From an uncultured archaeon (GTDB taxonomy: Archaea; Aenigmatarchaeota; Aenigmatarchaeia; PWEA01; JAGHBM01): a stretch of DNA of 64,000 bases. The notes beneath the pieces were generated by a model. That model ran no database searches, was not told the DNA's origin, and saw only the letters and a program-made list of their open reading frames with translations. A program made the translations under genes and the position numbers. Shown piece by piece: positions 19,906 to 31,317 of the stretch. How positions within the stretch are numbered: position 1 is the stretch's first letter; every line of letters begins with the position of its first letter. The stretch covers positions 194,974 to 258,973 of the forward strand of contig CAZOZN010000002.1 of assembly GCA_964584335.1 (NCBI GenBank), written 5' to 3'.

Positions 19906-21060
19906 TTAGTATAATCCGGCTTCCTTTTTTAATTTTTCGGCAAGGTCTGTTTTTTCCCAAGTGAATTCGGGACCTTCCCTTCCGAAATGCCCGTAACAAG
20001 AAGTTTTTCTGTAAACTGGTTTCATCAGGTCAAGCTGTTTTATTATTCCGGAAGGCGTCAAATTGAAATGACTGTTTACTATTTCTGTTATTTTTTTATT
20101 CTCGATTTTTTCTGTGCCGAAAGTATCTATCATAACAGACGTTGGCTTGCGGCCTCCTATTGCATATGAAAGCTGTATTTCACATTTTTCACATATCCCG
20201 GATGCCACTAAATTTTTTGCTATATATCTTGCCATGTAGGCAGCTGACCTGTCAACCTTTGTGGGATCTTTTCCCGAAAAGGCACCGCCTCCATGTCCTC
20301 CTGTTCCGCCGTAAGTGTCCGCTATTATCTTTCTTCCAGTCATTCCTGCATCTGCCACAGGACCGCCTATTACAAAACGTCCAGTGTTGTTTATGTAGTA
20401 TTTCGTACTATCGTTGAGCCAGTTGCAGCATACAGGTTTTATTAGCTTTTCTTTTATGTCTTTCTTTATCCTTTCCGTTTTTACATCCGTGTCGTGTTGT
20501 GTGGCTACCACTACGGAAGTTATGTATTTTGGAATACCTCTTTCGTACTTTACGCTTACCTGGGTTTTCCCGTCAGGCCTAAGGTATTTTATTTCACCGT
20601 TTTTTCTTAGCTCGGTAAGCTTTTTTGCCAATTTCTGCGCCAAAAGTATCGGCAGAGGCATAAATTCAGGTGTCTCATTTGTGGCATAACCACTCATCAT
20701 TCCCTGGTCTCCCGCTCCGCTTTCCTGACCATCGACTCCCATTGCTATGTCAGCAGATTGTTCGTGTATGCTAGTGAGGACACCTACTGTGTTATAATCA
20801 AATCCGTATTCAGGTCTGTCGTATCCTATATCACTTATTACTTTTCTTGCAATTTGGGAGTAGTTTATACTCGTGCGAGTACTTATTTCACCTGTTATTA
20901 TTACGAAACCCATTCCTACCATGGCCTCGCATGCAACCCTTGATTCAGGGTCTTTCTTTATAATTTCATCCAGTATGGCATCAGATATCTGGTCACATAC
21001 TTTGTCTGGATGACCTTCTGTCATAGCTTCTGAAGTGAAGACAAAATCACCTTTTTTCAT
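19906..21060 (-). CDS. metK: S-adenosylmethionine synthetase, bacterial/eukaryotic type
   Basis: [30 protein letters not shown]. Confidence 0.96.
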   Translation of the reverse strand: MKKGDFVFTSEAMTEGHPDKVCDQISDAILDEIIKKDPESRVACEAMVGMGFVIITGEISTRTSINYSQIARKVISDIGYDRPEYGFDYNTVGVLTSIHEQSADIAMGVDGQESGAGDQGMMSGYATNETPEFMPLPILLAQKLAKKLTELRKNGEIKYLRPDGKTQVSVKYERGIPKYITSVVVATQHDTDVKTERIKKDIKEKLIKPVCCNWLNDSTKYYINNTGRFVIGGPVADAGMTGRKIIADTYGGTGGHGGGAFSGKDPTKVDRSAAYMARYIAKNLVASGICEKCEIQLSYAIGGRKPTSVMIDTFGTEKIENKKITEIVNSHFNLTPSGIIKQLDLMKPVYRKTSCYGHFGREGPEFTWEKTDLAEKLKKEAGLY

Positions 21061-21686
21061 TTACAAACCACCTCTTTGTAGTATTTACAAATTTTCTTTA
21101 GCTGGCACTCATTGCATCTTGGACTTATTGGCCTGCATATTTCTTGACCAAATCTTACAAGACCCAAATTTATAAGGAATCTTTTTTTGCCTTTTATCTT
21201 TTTTTCCAAGGTTTTCCTAACTTCTTCTACGTCAGCTTCTTTTCTTACAATTCCCAGTCTTTTTGGTATTCTGTTCACATGAGTATCTACAGCTATTGTC
21301 GGTACCCCGAAACCGTATGAGAGCACTATGTCTGCGGTTTTGTACCCAACACCAGGCAAACTCATCAATTCTTCTCTTGTCATAGGAACCCGTCCCTTAT
21401 GGTCCTTCAAGATTATTTTTGATATTTCTTTTATCCTTTTTGCTTTTTGCCTGTACGGCCCGGAAGGCCTTATCAAATTTTCTATTTTTTTCAAAGGTAG
21501 CTTGCTTATGGTTCTCGGTGTTGAAGCTACTGAGAATAATCTCTTAGAGGCTCTTTCGGTGTTTTCGTCTCTGGTTCTCTGGGAGAGAACAGTTGATATC
21601 AAAAGCTTGAAATTATCCCCGTAGCCTATTTTTGGATAACCATATCTTTTTTCTAGGAAATTAATTATCTTGTCGATTTTTTCCAT
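21057..21686 (-). CDS. nth: Endonuclease III
   Basis: Hh[16 protein letters not shown]-x6-C-x2-C-x5-C Fe-S motif. Confidence 0.95.
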   Translation of the reverse strand: MEKIDKIINFLEKRYGYPKIGYGDNFKLLISTVLSQRTRDENTERASKRLFSVASTPRTISKLPLKKIENLIRPSGPYRQKAKRIKEISKIILKDHKGRVPMTREELMSLPGVGYKTADIVLSYGFGVPTIAVDTHVNRIPKRLGIVRKEADVEEVRKTLEKKIKGKKRFLINLGLVRFGQEICRPISPRCNECQLKKICKYYKEVVCK

Positions 21687-21793
21687 AGTTAATTTTTATG
21701 TAATTTCCTAATAAAAGAAAGATATTTATGGCTCTTTAGATAATATTATCTCGGGAAAAAAGTCACATGTTAAAATATAACAGTGTTATATAA

Positions 21794-24622
21794 GTGGTTA
21801 AAATGAAAGAAAAAAACAACAAAAAAGACGTATTTGATGTCCTGCACCCGAAGATAAAAAAGATAGCCAAATCTAGGTTTGGTGAGGCAACACAGGTACA
21901 GAACATAACAATACCACAAATATTAAAGGGAAAAAATGTCCTTACGATAGCAGGAACTGGCATGGGAAAGACCGAATCGGTAATGCTTCCTGTTTTTTCT
22001 TTTTGGCTAAAGGAAAAGCCAAAACCGATATCTGCTCTTTACATCTGTCCACTACGTTCCCTTAATCGTGATATGTTCAAGAGGCTTCTTTGGTGGGGGA
22101 ACAAAATAGACATGGACATTTCAGTCAGGCATGGAGACACAACCCAATATGAGAGAAGCAAGCAGTCTGAATTCCCACCCGATCTTTTGATATCAACCCC
22201 AGAAACTCTGCAGGCAATTTTACCTGGATCAAGAATGAAGGAAAATTTATCAAACGTAAAATGGGTAATAATAGATGAGATACACGAGCTAGTTTCTAGC
22301 AAGAGAGGCACCCAGTTAAGTGTTGCTCTTGAAAGATTAAGAAGAGTGTCCAAAGACTTTCAAATAATTGGTTTATCTGCTACTGTTGGTTCTCCCAGGA
22401 AAGTTGCCAATTTTCTTGGAAAAGATGTGAAAATATTATCTGCTTTAAGTTCTAAGGATTTTGACATAGAGGTTGTTTCACCTGAGCTGACCGAGGAAGA
22501 CAAAAAAATAGGAGAGGAAATATTCCTTGGAAGTGAAGCGACTGCAAGATTGAGAAGAATAAGAGACTTGATTAAAGAAAAAAAATCACTCGTATTTACA
22601 AATACAAGAGAAGCATCGGAAGTGCTTTCTTCAAGGCTTAGAAGACTTGAACATAAGGGCCATGGTATACACCACAGTTCTCTGAGCAAAGATGTCAGGG
22701 TGCAGGCTGAAGACAGATTTAAGAACGATGAATTGAATGCACTGATATGTACTTCTTCTTTGGAACTTGGTATAGATATAGGCACAGTTGAGCAGGTTGT
22801 ACAGTACATGAGCCCCAGGCAGGTCTCTAAACTCGTCCAGAGAGTTGGAAGAAGCGGTCATAGCATAGACAAAAAAAGCAAGGGGCTTATAATAGCGGCA
22901 GACCCTGACGACATACTTGAAGCAGGTGTTATAGCAAGAAAGGCTATGAAAGGAGAGCTGGAGAAGACCAAGTTCCATGAAATGGCTTTTGATGTTTTAT
23001 CTCATCAAATAATAGGGCTTTCTCTTGATGAGTACGGGATAGACTGGAATAAGGCGTATGAACTGATAAGAAATGCATATCCTTACAGAAAGCTGGGAGA
23101 AGAAGATTTTTTCAGAGTACTAAAGTTTATGGAAAACCTTTGGTTGATTTACCTTGATGAAGGTATAAAGAGAAAGAGAAAATCCTGGAAATATTATTAC
23201 GAAAACCTTTCAACAATACCAAGTGTGTACAATTACAGAGTCATAGACAATATAGAAAACAGAGAAGTTGGGGTTTTAGACGAGGCTTTTGTGGCCGAGC
23301 ATGGTGAGACCGGAACAACTTTCATAGTAAAGGGCAGCCCCTGGAGAATAATATCCGTATACGGAGGCAATGTTTATGTCGAGCCTGTTAATGACATAAC
23401 TTCTGGAGCCCCTGCTTGGGAAGGTGAGCTGATACCCGTGACTAGAGAGATATCGGAGGAGGTTGGTGATTTGAGATTTTTAATATCCGGCCTGATAAAA
23501 GAAAAAAAGAGTAAAAAAGATATTGAATCCGAAATAAAAAACAAGTATCCCTTATCCCCGGGGGCGTGCAAAAAAGTAGTAGATTATATTTCTAACCAAT
23601 TAAAGGAAAAGAAACAGGTACCTGATAAAAATAATATTTTGATTGAAAAAGACAAGGATTTTGTTGTAATTCATTCTTGCTTCGGTTCCCTTATAAACCA
23701 GACTTTGGGAAGATTCTTTTCTTCTCTACTTATTTCCGGCTTGGGTAAGAGCGTTGGTATAAAGACAGACCCTTACAGGATAATGATACAGGGAGTTGAA
23801 ATAGACGATGTTCTAAAGGCTTTGGAAAATAACACCAAGGAAGATTTTGAAATGATAATAAACAATACAATAGACAGGACCCGTGTTTTTAGATGGAGAT
23901 TTATACACGTAGCAAAAAGGTTCGGTGCTGTAAGAAAGGATGCTAAGTGGGATAAGATGAACATGACTAAGCTTGTTGATTCTTTCAGGAACAGTCCAGT
24001 ATTTGATGAGACTGAAAGGGAAGTCTATAACGAGAAGCTGGATTTAGAAGGAGCAAAAGAAATATTTGAAAAGATAAAGGAAAAAGAAATAAATGTTTTT
24101 GTCGACAATACCGCCAAACTTTCTTCTATAGGAAAAGTTGGTGTGGAATTTAAATTCAGGGAACTTGTCGGACCCAAGAAACCGGAGAAGGAAATATTTT
24201 CTGTATTCAAACACAGGCTTCTGAACACCAGGGTAAGGCTTGTATGCATGAAGTGTGGTGAATTTTCTTCAACTAGGACAGTAAGGATGATAAAAAAAGA
24301 CCCCGAATGTCCCGTTTGCGGGAGCAGGTTCATAACTGTTTTGAAGCCCCATGAAAAGGAAAAAGAAAAGTTGATAAAGAAAAACGTATCAGAAAAGGAA
24401 TTAAACGAGGAAGAAAGGAAGAAGATAGAGAGAATGGAAAATGCTGCAGATTTGGTCCTTACATATGGTTCTAAAGTAATAACTGCTCTTGCAGGAAGAG
24501 GAGTAGGTCCTGATACGGCAATAAGGGTTCTTGCAAAGCAAAAGGAAAGCGAAGACGAATTCCTAAAAGATATACTGGAAGCGGAGAGAAACTTTGCTAA
24601 GAACAAGAGATACTGGAATTAG
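21794..24622 (+). CDS. lhr: Lhr-type SF2 helicase
   Basis: GTGMGKT, DEIHE, LSAT, SSLELGIDIG, QRVGRSGH, C-terminal CMKC/CPVC. Confidence 0.92.
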   Translation: MVKMKEKNNKKDVFDVLHPKIKKIAKSRFGEATQVQNITIPQILKGKNVLTIAGTGMGKTESVMLPVFSFWLKEKPKPISALYICPLRSLNRDMFKRLLWWGNKIDMDISVRHGDTTQYERSKQSEFPPDLLISTPETLQAILPGSRMKENLSNVKWVIIDEIHELVSSKRGTQLSVALERLRRVSKDFQIIGLSATVGSPRKVANFLGKDVKILSALSSKDFDIEVVSPELTEEDKKIGEEIFLGSEATARLRRIRDLIKEKKSLVFTNTREASEVLSSRLRRLEHKGHGIHHSSLSKDVRVQAEDRFKNDELNALICTSSLELGIDIGTVEQVVQYMSPRQVSKLVQRVGRSGHSIDKKSKGLIIAADPDDILEAGVIARKAMKGELEKTKFHEMAFDVLSHQIIGLSLDEYGIDWNKAYELIRNAYPYRKLGEEDFFRVLKFMENLWLIYLDEGIKRKRKSWKYYYENLSTIPSVYNYRVIDNIENREVGVLDEAFVAEHGETGTTFIVKGSPWRIISVYGGNVYVEPVNDITSGAPAWEGELIPVTREISEEVGDLRFLISGLIKEKKSKKDIESEIKNKYPLSPGACKKVVDYISNQLKEKKQVPDKNNILIEKDKDFVVIHSCFGSLINQTLGRFFSSLLISGLGKSVGIKTDPYRIMIQGVEIDDVLKALENNTKEDFEMIINNTIDRTRVFRWRFIHVAKRFGAVRKDAKWDKMNMTKLVDSFRNSPVFDETEREVYNEKLDLEGAKEIFEKIKEKEINVFVDNTAKLSSIGKVGVEFKFRELVGPKKPEKEIFSVFKHRLLNTRVRLVCMKCGEFSSTRTVRMIKKDPECPVCGSRFITVLKPHEKEKEKLIKKNVSEKELNEEERKKIERMENAADLVLTYGSKVITALAGRGVGPDTAIRVLAKQKESEDEFLKDILEAERNFAKNKRYWN

Positions 24623-24659
24623 TTTTTTAATTAAAAAAGTTAATATAAATTAGATTTTA

Positions 24660-24800
24660 ATGAAAGAAAAAGAATTCATTAAAGAGATTGATTTAGATGA
24701 AATCAACATAAAATGGGAAGATGATTTTTTCCCGGAAGATAAACTTTTGGGAAAATTAAAATTGCCCTACAAAGAATCAAAGAAAAACAAGCGTTTTTAA
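24660..24800 (+). CDS. 46-aa hypothetical protein (MKEKEFIKEIDLDEINIKWEDDFFPEDKLLGKLKLPYKESKKNKRF)
   Basis: Open frame fills the lhr-ABC gap; codon usage looks typical; below the ORF-track cutoff. Confidence 0.5.
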   Translation: MKEKEFIKEIDLDEINIKWEDDFFPEDKLLGKLKLPYKESKKNKRF

Positions 24801-24824
24801 TCATCTCCTTTTTTGGTGTTTTAA

Positions 24825-25838
24825 ATGTCGATAGTTAGTGTTAAAAAAGTTTCAAAGAAATTCCGGGACAAAAGTAAAGACAAAAGAATAATAGACAAGC
24901 ATGGTCCTTTCATGGGTTTCATAAAGAAATCTCAAAATAAAAAACATTTTCATGCTCTTAAAAACGTGAGCTTTGACGTTGAAGAGGGCGAGATATTTGG
25001 TCTTCTAGGTCCCAACGGTTCAGGAAAAACCACCCTTATAAAGATAATTACAGGCCTTATGAGACAGGATAGCGGCCAAATAAAAGTTCTTGGAAAAAAA
25101 GTTCCCGAGGAGATAGACAGTATAAGAGGCAAGATAAATGCTGTTTTTGCAAGGGCTGCAATGTTCTGGCATTTAACTGGAGAATACAATCTTGAGGTAT
25201 ATTCCCAAATATACGGAGTAAAAGATTATAGTAAGAAAATAAAAAAATACCTGAAATTTTTTGAAATAGAGAATAAGAAAGACCTCTATCTTGACAAGCG
25301 TTCAACCGGGGAGTTGATGAGATTTAATCTTGCGAGGTCTTTGCTTAATTCTCCAAGAGTTTTGTTTCTTGATGAGCCGACTATTGGTTTAGACCCTCAT
25401 ATAAGTCTAAAGGTGAGGAATTTTCTTAAGAAATTAAATCAAACAGAAAAAATGACAATTCTACTTACTACGCATTACATGGAAGAGGCAGATTATCTTT
25501 GTGACAGAATAGCCATAATAAACAACGGAAAAATAATAAAAATAGATACTCCTTCTAACCTAAAAAAATTATTGAGTAAAGAGAAGATACTGGAATTCAG
25601 AATGAAAGAAATGAACAGGAAAACTATAGAAAAGATAAAAAAATTAAAGTATGTAGAGAATGCGCACTGGGTTGACGAGGAGGAAAAACTCAGAGTAATT
25701 GTCAGCAGCCTTGATAAATGTGATAATGTTATAACTGAAATTAGGAAATCCGGCAACAACATAATTTCTATAAATACAGATGAACCGAGCCTTGAAGATG
25801 TTTTTATACACCTTACGAAAAAGAGGTTGGTTAGATGA
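24825..25838 (+). CDS. ABC-2 type exporter ATP-binding subunit
   Basis: GPNGSGKT, FLDEPTIGLDP, TTHYMEEA, C-terminal SLEDVF. Confidence 0.92.
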   Translation: MSIVSVKKVSKKFRDKSKDKRIIDKHGPFMGFIKKSQNKKHFHALKNVSFDVEEGEIFGLLGPNGSGKTTLIKIITGLMRQDSGQIKVLGKKVPEEIDSIRGKINAVFARAAMFWHLTGEYNLEVYSQIYGVKDYSKKIKKYLKFFEIENKKDLYLDKRSTGELMRFNLARSLLNSPRVLFLDEPTIGLDPHISLKVRNFLKKLNQTEKMTILLTTHYMEEADYLCDRIAIINNGKIIKIDTPSNLKKLLSKEKILEFRMKEMNRKTIEKIKKLKYVENAHWVDEEEKLRVIVSSLDKCDNVITEIRKSGNNIISINTDEPSLEDVFIHLTKKRLVR

Positions 25839-26638
25839 GATTTTTTAGAGACCTTAGGATTATGTTCGTTGCTGAGATAAAGAGATACTATAGATGGAAA
25901 GAGAGAGTTGTATGGGATGTACTTTTTACTCTTATAGCTTTCTTTGGTTTCATTCTAGTCTGGAGAACAGTATTAATGGGAGGTTTTCAGGGAGTAGGCG
26001 ATTTGACCGCAGAGAACTATATAACATTCTTGCTGACGGGCACCGTTATGTGGGTTGTTATAAGGCAGGGGATAGGATGGCAAATGGCCTTTGCATTTAC
26101 ACAAGACAAACATAGAAGGGTACTTCCCTACATAATGATTTCACCAATGAATAAAATAGCATATCTTTATGGTAAAATAGGTACTGGTTTGTTGCGTTCC
26201 ATAATAAACAACATAATTATAATAATAGTTGCCTCGTTATTTTTTGAGTTCTATTATGCTGGCAGTACTGTTTTGACTATTTTTTTATTTGCTCTAACTT
26301 TCGTTGCATTTTCTGGAATAGGGCTTATTATAGCATCTCTTGGTGCTGTAAGGGAAGGTATAGCAGACTTTTCTTTGGTTCTTATAGAATTTGTTTACCT
26401 TGTCTCCGGAGTGTATTATCCTATAGAAGTTTTCCCAGAAAATATAAGAGGATTTGTTTTGCTGTTACCGACTACACAGGCTATAAATGCAGTTAGAAAA
26501 ATAGGTCTTCACGGTGCTGGTTTTTTCGATATATTACCCCAAATATTATATCTGGGAGTTTTAGCTATAATATCTCCAATAATAGGCTATTATGTTTTTA
26601 GATGGGTTAAAAACAGGGCAATGCTTATCGGAATCTGA
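25835..26638 (+). CDS. ABC-2 type exporter permease
   Basis: About 6 TM segments, SGVYYP motif, 4-nt overlap with the ATPase gene. Confidence 0.9.
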   Translation: MRFFRDLRIMFVAEIKRYYRWKERVVWDVLFTLIAFFGFILVWRTVLMGGFQGVGDLTAENYITFLLTGTVMWVVIRQGIGWQMAFAFTQDKHRRVLPYIMISPMNKIAYLYGKIGTGLLRSIINNIIIIIVASLFFEFYYAGSTVLTIFLFALTFVAFSGIGLIIASLGAVREGIADFSLVLIEFVYLVSGVYYPIEVFPENIRGFVLLLPTTQAINAVRKIGLHGAGFFDILPQILYLGVLAIISPIIGYYVFRWVKNRAMLIGI

Positions 26639-27584
26639 GTTTTTTTGCCGCGTATTCAGGCATTACTTCGTTTACAAAAAGTCCGAAATATTCAAAGCCG
26701 CCGTATATCTTAAGTTTTGGGTATATTTCTATATGGAAGTGCCAAAAATCTGATTTAGGAAATGAATTGTAAACTATGTGGTAAGGCAAGTCCCCGAACA
26801 ATTCATTGTATTTATTAAGCAGTTTTTTTATTGTTTTTAAGAAGTACCTTTTTTGGCTAGAATCAAGTTTTGATATATCAGATATATGTCTTTTTGGAAA
26901 TAGCCATGTTTCATAAGGCCACGTGGAAGCGTACGGTGCAATTACTACGAATTCTTTGTTTTCAGATACAATTCTTTTCTTTTTTTCTTTCTCCTTTTTT
27001 ATTATATCACAATACGGGCACCTGTTCTCTTTTTTGTAAAATTTTTCCGCTGCAGTCATTTTCTCCGATATTTTTTTAGGGAAAACAGGGGATGCTATTA
27101 TTTGAGAATGTGAATGACCGATAGAAGCTCCTGCCATCTTTCCCTCATTTTTGAACATTGTTACGTATACTATTTCCTTTCTTTTTATGTGCTCTTTGTA
27201 TCTTTTAATTAAAACACCCAATGATAATTCCATGTCTTTTATGGACAAATCATGAAAATCTTTTGAGTGGTCTGGAGTTTCTATCACAACTTCGTGTGAA
27301 CCATAAGGTTTGTAATGATTAAAGAAGCCTTTTCCTTCCTCTCCATTGAATTTAGTATCACATAGAGCGGGAAACTTGTTCGGTATCAGCCTTACTTTCC
27401 AGTTCTTTTTAGGTTTTTGTATTATTTCTTTCGGTGTCATTTTTTCGTTGCCGGGACAGAATGGGCACTTACTCGGGTCCATCACTTCTCCTTTTTTAGC
27501 ACTGAACAAATGAGGCCTCTTTGCTCTTTTTGGTGAAAAAACAACATATTTTTCAGATATGTAGTCTCTTCTTATCTCGTTCAT
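26625..27584 (-). CDS. galT: Galactose-1-phosphate uridylyltransferase family
   Basis: RAKRP, CPFCPGNE, GASIGHSHSQ. Confidence 0.92.
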   Translation of the reverse strand: MNEIRRDYISEKYVVFSPKRAKRPHLFSAKKGEVMDPSKCPFCPGNEKMTPKEIIQKPKKNWKVRLIPNKFPALCDTKFNGEEGKGFFNHYKPYGSHEVVIETPDHSKDFHDLSIKDMELSLGVLIKRYKEHIKRKEIVYVTMFKNEGKMAGASIGHSHSQIIASPVFPKKISEKMTAAEKFYKKENRCPYCDIIKKEKEKKKRIVSENKEFVVIAPYASTWPYETWLFPKRHISDISKLDSSQKRYFLKTIKKLLNKYNELFGDLPYHIVYNSFPKSDFWHFHIEIYPKLKIYGGFEYFGLFVNEVMPEYAAKKLRFR

Positions 27585-27605
27585 TTTATCACAATAATAG
27601 TAAGT

Positions 27606-28925
27606 TTATTCTTTTATTAATGATTCGACTTCCTTTAGTTTATCTTCCATAATCTCTTTTGTCTTTCCTTCCAGATTCAGCCTTAATAGGTCCTCGGTGT
27701 TGGATGGCCTTAAGTTGAACCACCAATTTTCAAATTCTACAGTCATTCCGTCTATCTTTTCTATTTTTGCATCCGTTTTTGAGTAATATTTCTCTATTTC
27801 ACTAATCTTGCCTTCTTTGTCTTTTACTTCGTAGTTGGTCTCAATTATTTTATAGTATTTCTTGAAAGGTTTTACAACTTCTGAAAGTTTTTTGCCAGAG
27901 TTAGATAATACTTCTAACAAATTTACTAGTGCTTTCAATGTTGATTCGGCGTAAAAACAATCCTTGAAGTAGAAATGTCCGGAGGATTCTCCGCCAAAAA
28001 TAACGTCTTCTTCTCTCATCCTTTTTTGTATAAAAGAATGCCCGACCCTGGATTTTATTGGTACACCGCCGAATTTTAATATAGTTTCCGGTACTATTTT
28101 GCTGACAGTCAAGTTGTAAAGTATTTTACCTTTTTCTTTTTTTAGTACGTTTTTTGCTATTATAGACAAAATAATTTCACTAGTTACGAAATTACCTTTT
28201 TCATCAACAAAACCAATTCTATCTCCGTCACCATCGAAAGCCACTCCAAAATCTGCTTTTTGTTTTAAAACAAATTCTTTTAATTTCTGTAGGTTACTTT
28301 CTTTTATTGGATTCGCTTCGTGGTTGGGAAATGTACAGTCGACTTCAGAATAAATAGTCTCGTAATTTATATTCATTTTTTCCAAAAAATCCTTTATAAA
28401 CAAACCTACCATGCCATTTCCAGGGTCCACAACTATCTTACCGTTATAATTTATTTTCTTGCTTGCCATGAATTGAACAAAGTCTTCTTTGATATCTATT
28501 TTATTTACGGAATAATCAGCGTATTTGTAATCCATTTCTTTAACACCTTCTTCTATTTTTGATATACCCGTATCGTATACAAGCGGCACTGCATTTTTTC
28601 TAACTGCCTTTATTCCGTTAAATTCAGCACCCAAATGGGATGCTGTAATCATTATACCTCCATCGGCTTTAAGCTTGTTTACAGCAAAGTAAAACATAGG
28701 AGTAGTGGAAAAACCTATATCAATTATTTCTTTTCCTGTCTGATAAAGTCCTGACAGAATACCGTCTTTAATTTCATCCGATGATTTTCTGGCATCCATA
28801 CCAACGACTATTTTATTTTCTTTAATTAACCCACCAAAGGCCTTTCCTATTTTGAAAGCTATTTCTTTGTTGATTTCATAAGGGTATTTGCCTCTTATGT
28901 CATAAGCCTTGAAAATACCAGACAT
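27606..28925 (-). CDS. Phosphomannomutase/phosphoglucomutase
   Basis: FKAYDIRG, TASH, DGDGDR, GESSGH, RPSNTE. Confidence 0.94.
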   Translation of the reverse strand: MSGIFKAYDIRGKYPYEINKEIAFKIGKAFGGLIKENKIVVGMDARKSSDEIKDGILSGLYQTGKEIIDIGFSTTPMFYFAVNKLKADGGIMITASHLGAEFNGIKAVRKNAVPLVYDTGISKIEEGVKEMDYKYADYSVNKIDIKEDFVQFMASKKINYNGKIVVDPGNGMVGLFIKDFLEKMNINYETIYSEVDCTFPNHEANPIKESNLQKLKEFVLKQKADFGVAFDGDGDRIGFVDEKGNFVTSEIILSIIAKNVLKKEKGKILYNLTVSKIVPETILKFGGVPIKSRVGHSFIQKRMREEDVIFGGESSGHFYFKDCFYAESTLKALVNLLEVLSNSGKKLSEVVKPFKKYYKIIETNYEVKDKEGKISEIEKYYSKTDAKIEKIDGMTVEFENWWFNLRPSNTEDLLRLNLEGKTKEIMEDKLKEVESLIKE

Positions 28926-29031
28926 TAATAAGAATTGTGAACCATTATTTAATAAATTTACAAATACCGGAAAGACAGTAAAATACTAAAAATTTTATAA
29001 ACTAGGAATTTAAAATCATATAGTGTTTAAG

Positions 29032-31305
29032 ATGAAAAAATACGTAGCGGATTTTAAAGATTTATCAAAAAAGGACATACCTCTAGTGGGTGGAAAGAAC
29101 GCTAACTTAGGGGAAATGATTCAGAAAACAAAGGTTCCCGTCCCTGGAGGTTTTGCTATAACAACTAAAGCTTACGATTATTTTATCAAGTACAATAAGA
29201 TAGATGATGATATACGTTCTGTAGTTTCTAAACTGGATAAAAAAAATCTTAGAAATCTTGAAAAGATAGGTAAGAAAGTAAGAGATTTAATTAAGAACGG
29301 CAAATTTCCAAAAGATTTGAGAGATGAAATAGTTTCGTATTATAAAAAACTTTCTAAGAAGAACAAGAAAAAAGATATAAGTGTTGCAGTAAGAAGCTCT
29401 GCTACTGCTGAGGACTTGGCGGATGCAAGCTTTGCAGGCCAACAGGAGAGTTACCTTAACATAGTAGGTGAAAGACAACTACTTTTTGCTGTAAAAAAAT
29501 GTATAGCATCCCTATTCACCAACAGAGCTATTTCTTACAGAGAGGATAAGGGATTCGACCATTTCAAAGTCAAGCTTTCTGTTGCTGTTCAAAAAATGGT
29601 ATATTCAAAAAGCTCCGGCGTGATGTTTTCTATGGACCCGGATTCAGGAAACGAAAATTTTGTTTTCATAAACGGAAGCTGGGGACTGGGTGATTACATA
29701 GTACAGGGCAAGGTCAATCCGGATTCTTTTTACGTCCTCAAAAATACTAAAACGATAATAAACAAAAAATTGGGAAGTAAGAAAGCTATGGAAGTCAGGT
29801 CTAAGAGAGGCGTGAAGAACAAGTCAGTACCTACCAGTAAAAGAAAAAGGTTCTGTATAACTGATAATGATGTAATTAATCTGGCAAAATATTGCATGGA
29901 TATTGAAAAACACTACAAAAGGAACATGGACATAGAGTGGGCTAAGGACGGTTCAGGAAATCTTTACATACTCCAAGCAAGACCAGAAACCATACACTCT
30001 TCCAGGGGGGAGAAGAAAGCTGAACAATATATACTAAGAGAGAAAAGCGAGATAATATCAAAGGGTGAAAGCATAGGCAGAAAAATAGGTTCAGGAACTG
30101 TAAATGTCATAAAGTCAGCAAAGAACATATCAAAATTCAATAAGGGACAGGTTTTGGTAACGGAGATGACCGACCCGGACTGGGAACCCATAATGAAAAT
30201 CGCTTCTGCAATAATAACCGAGAAAGGAGGAAGAACATCTCATGCTGCAATAGTATCAAGGGAACTGGGTATTCCTGCAGTTCTTGGAGTTGAGAATGCG
30301 ACAAAGAAACTAAAGAAAGGCCAGAAAGTTACCGTAGACTGTACAGAGGAAACTGGAAGAATATGGAAAGGTAACCTAGATTACGACGTTAAAAAAATTG
30401 ATTTGGGAAAGATACCCAAAACAAAAACTGAAGTATTTGTAAATGTCGGGATACCTGAAAAAGCTCTTATACAAGGGCAACTGCCGGTAGAAGGTGTTGG
30501 CTTGGCAAGGGAAGAATTTATAATGACTTCTATAGGAGAACATCCTCTTTACGCTATAAAAAAAGGAAGGTCAAATGAATATGTTGAAAAAATCGCTGAA
30601 GGCATATCAAAAATAGCCGCTTCTTTCTATCCACGTGATGTAATATTAAGAACTTCCGACTTTAAGACGAACGAGTATGCTGGGCTAAAAGGAGGAAAAG
30701 AATTTGAGGGAGAAGAGAACAATCCAATGATAGGATGGAGAGGCGCTTCCCGCTACGTATCAGAGTTTGAACCAGCTTTCAGGCTTGAGTGCCGTGCGAT
30801 TAAGAAAGTTAGAGATGAAATGAAGCTGACAAATATAATACCAATGATACCTTTCTGCAGAACAATAGAGGAAGCCAAAGGAGTTTTAAAGATAATGAGA
30901 AGCGAAGGTCTCAAGAGAGGCAAAAATTTCAAGGTGTATGTTATGGCCGAGATACCATCCAACGTGGTATTGGCTGACCAGTTTTCAAAATATTTTGACG
31001 GATTTTCTATAGGTTCAAATGACCTTACTCAATTGACTTTGGGTATAGACAGAGACAGCCAAAAATTGGCCAAAAGTTTTGACGAAAGAAACGATGCAGT
31101 CAAAAGAATGATTGAGATGCTTATAAAGACAGCGCATAAACACAAGAGAAAAGTTGGTATATGCGGAGAGGCCCCCAGTTACTTCCCCGAGTTTACTGAA
31201 TTTCTTATAAAGTGCGGAATAGATTCAATATCAGTAAATCCAGAAGTTGCCATAAAAACCAAGTTTTTGGTTGAAAAGGTCGAGAAGAAAATCAAAAGAA
31301 AATAA
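29032..31305 (+). CDS. ppsA: Phosphoenolpyruvate synthase
   Basis: VGGKNANLGE, RSSATAED, GGRTSHAAI, FSIGSNDLTQ. Confidence 0.96.
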   Translation: MKKYVADFKDLSKKDIPLVGGKNANLGEMIQKTKVPVPGGFAITTKAYDYFIKYNKIDDDIRSVVSKLDKKNLRNLEKIGKKVRDLIKNGKFPKDLRDEIVSYYKKLSKKNKKKDISVAVRSSATAEDLADASFAGQQESYLNIVGERQLLFAVKKCIASLFTNRAISYREDKGFDHFKVKLSVAVQKMVYSKSSGVMFSMDPDSGNENFVFINGSWGLGDYIVQGKVNPDSFYVLKNTKTIINKKLGSKKAMEVRSKRGVKNKSVPTSKRKRFCITDNDVINLAKYCMDIEKHYKRNMDIEWAKDGSGNLYILQARPETIHSSRGEKKAEQYILREKSEIISKGESIGRKIGSGTVNVIKSAKNISKFNKGQVLVTEMTDPDWEPIMKIASAIITEKGGRTSHAAIVSRELGIPAVLGVENATKKLKKGQKVTVDCTEETGRIWKGNLDYDVKKIDLGKIPKTKTEVFVNVGIPEKALIQGQLPVEGVGLAREEFIMTSIGEHPLYAIKKGRSNEYVEKIAEGISKIAASFYPRDVILRTSDFKTNEYAGLKGGKEFEGEENNPMIGWRGASRYVSEFEPAFRLECRAIKKVRDEMKLTNIIPMIPFCRTIEEAKGVLKIMRSEGLKRGKNFKVYVMAEIPSNVVLADQFSKYFDGFSIGSNDLTQLTLGIDRDSQKLAKSFDERNDAVKRMIEMLIKTAHKHKRKVGICGEAPSYFPEFTEFLIKCGIDSISVNPEVAIKTKFLVEKVEKKIKRK

Positions 31306-31317
31306 TATGAGCATTTT

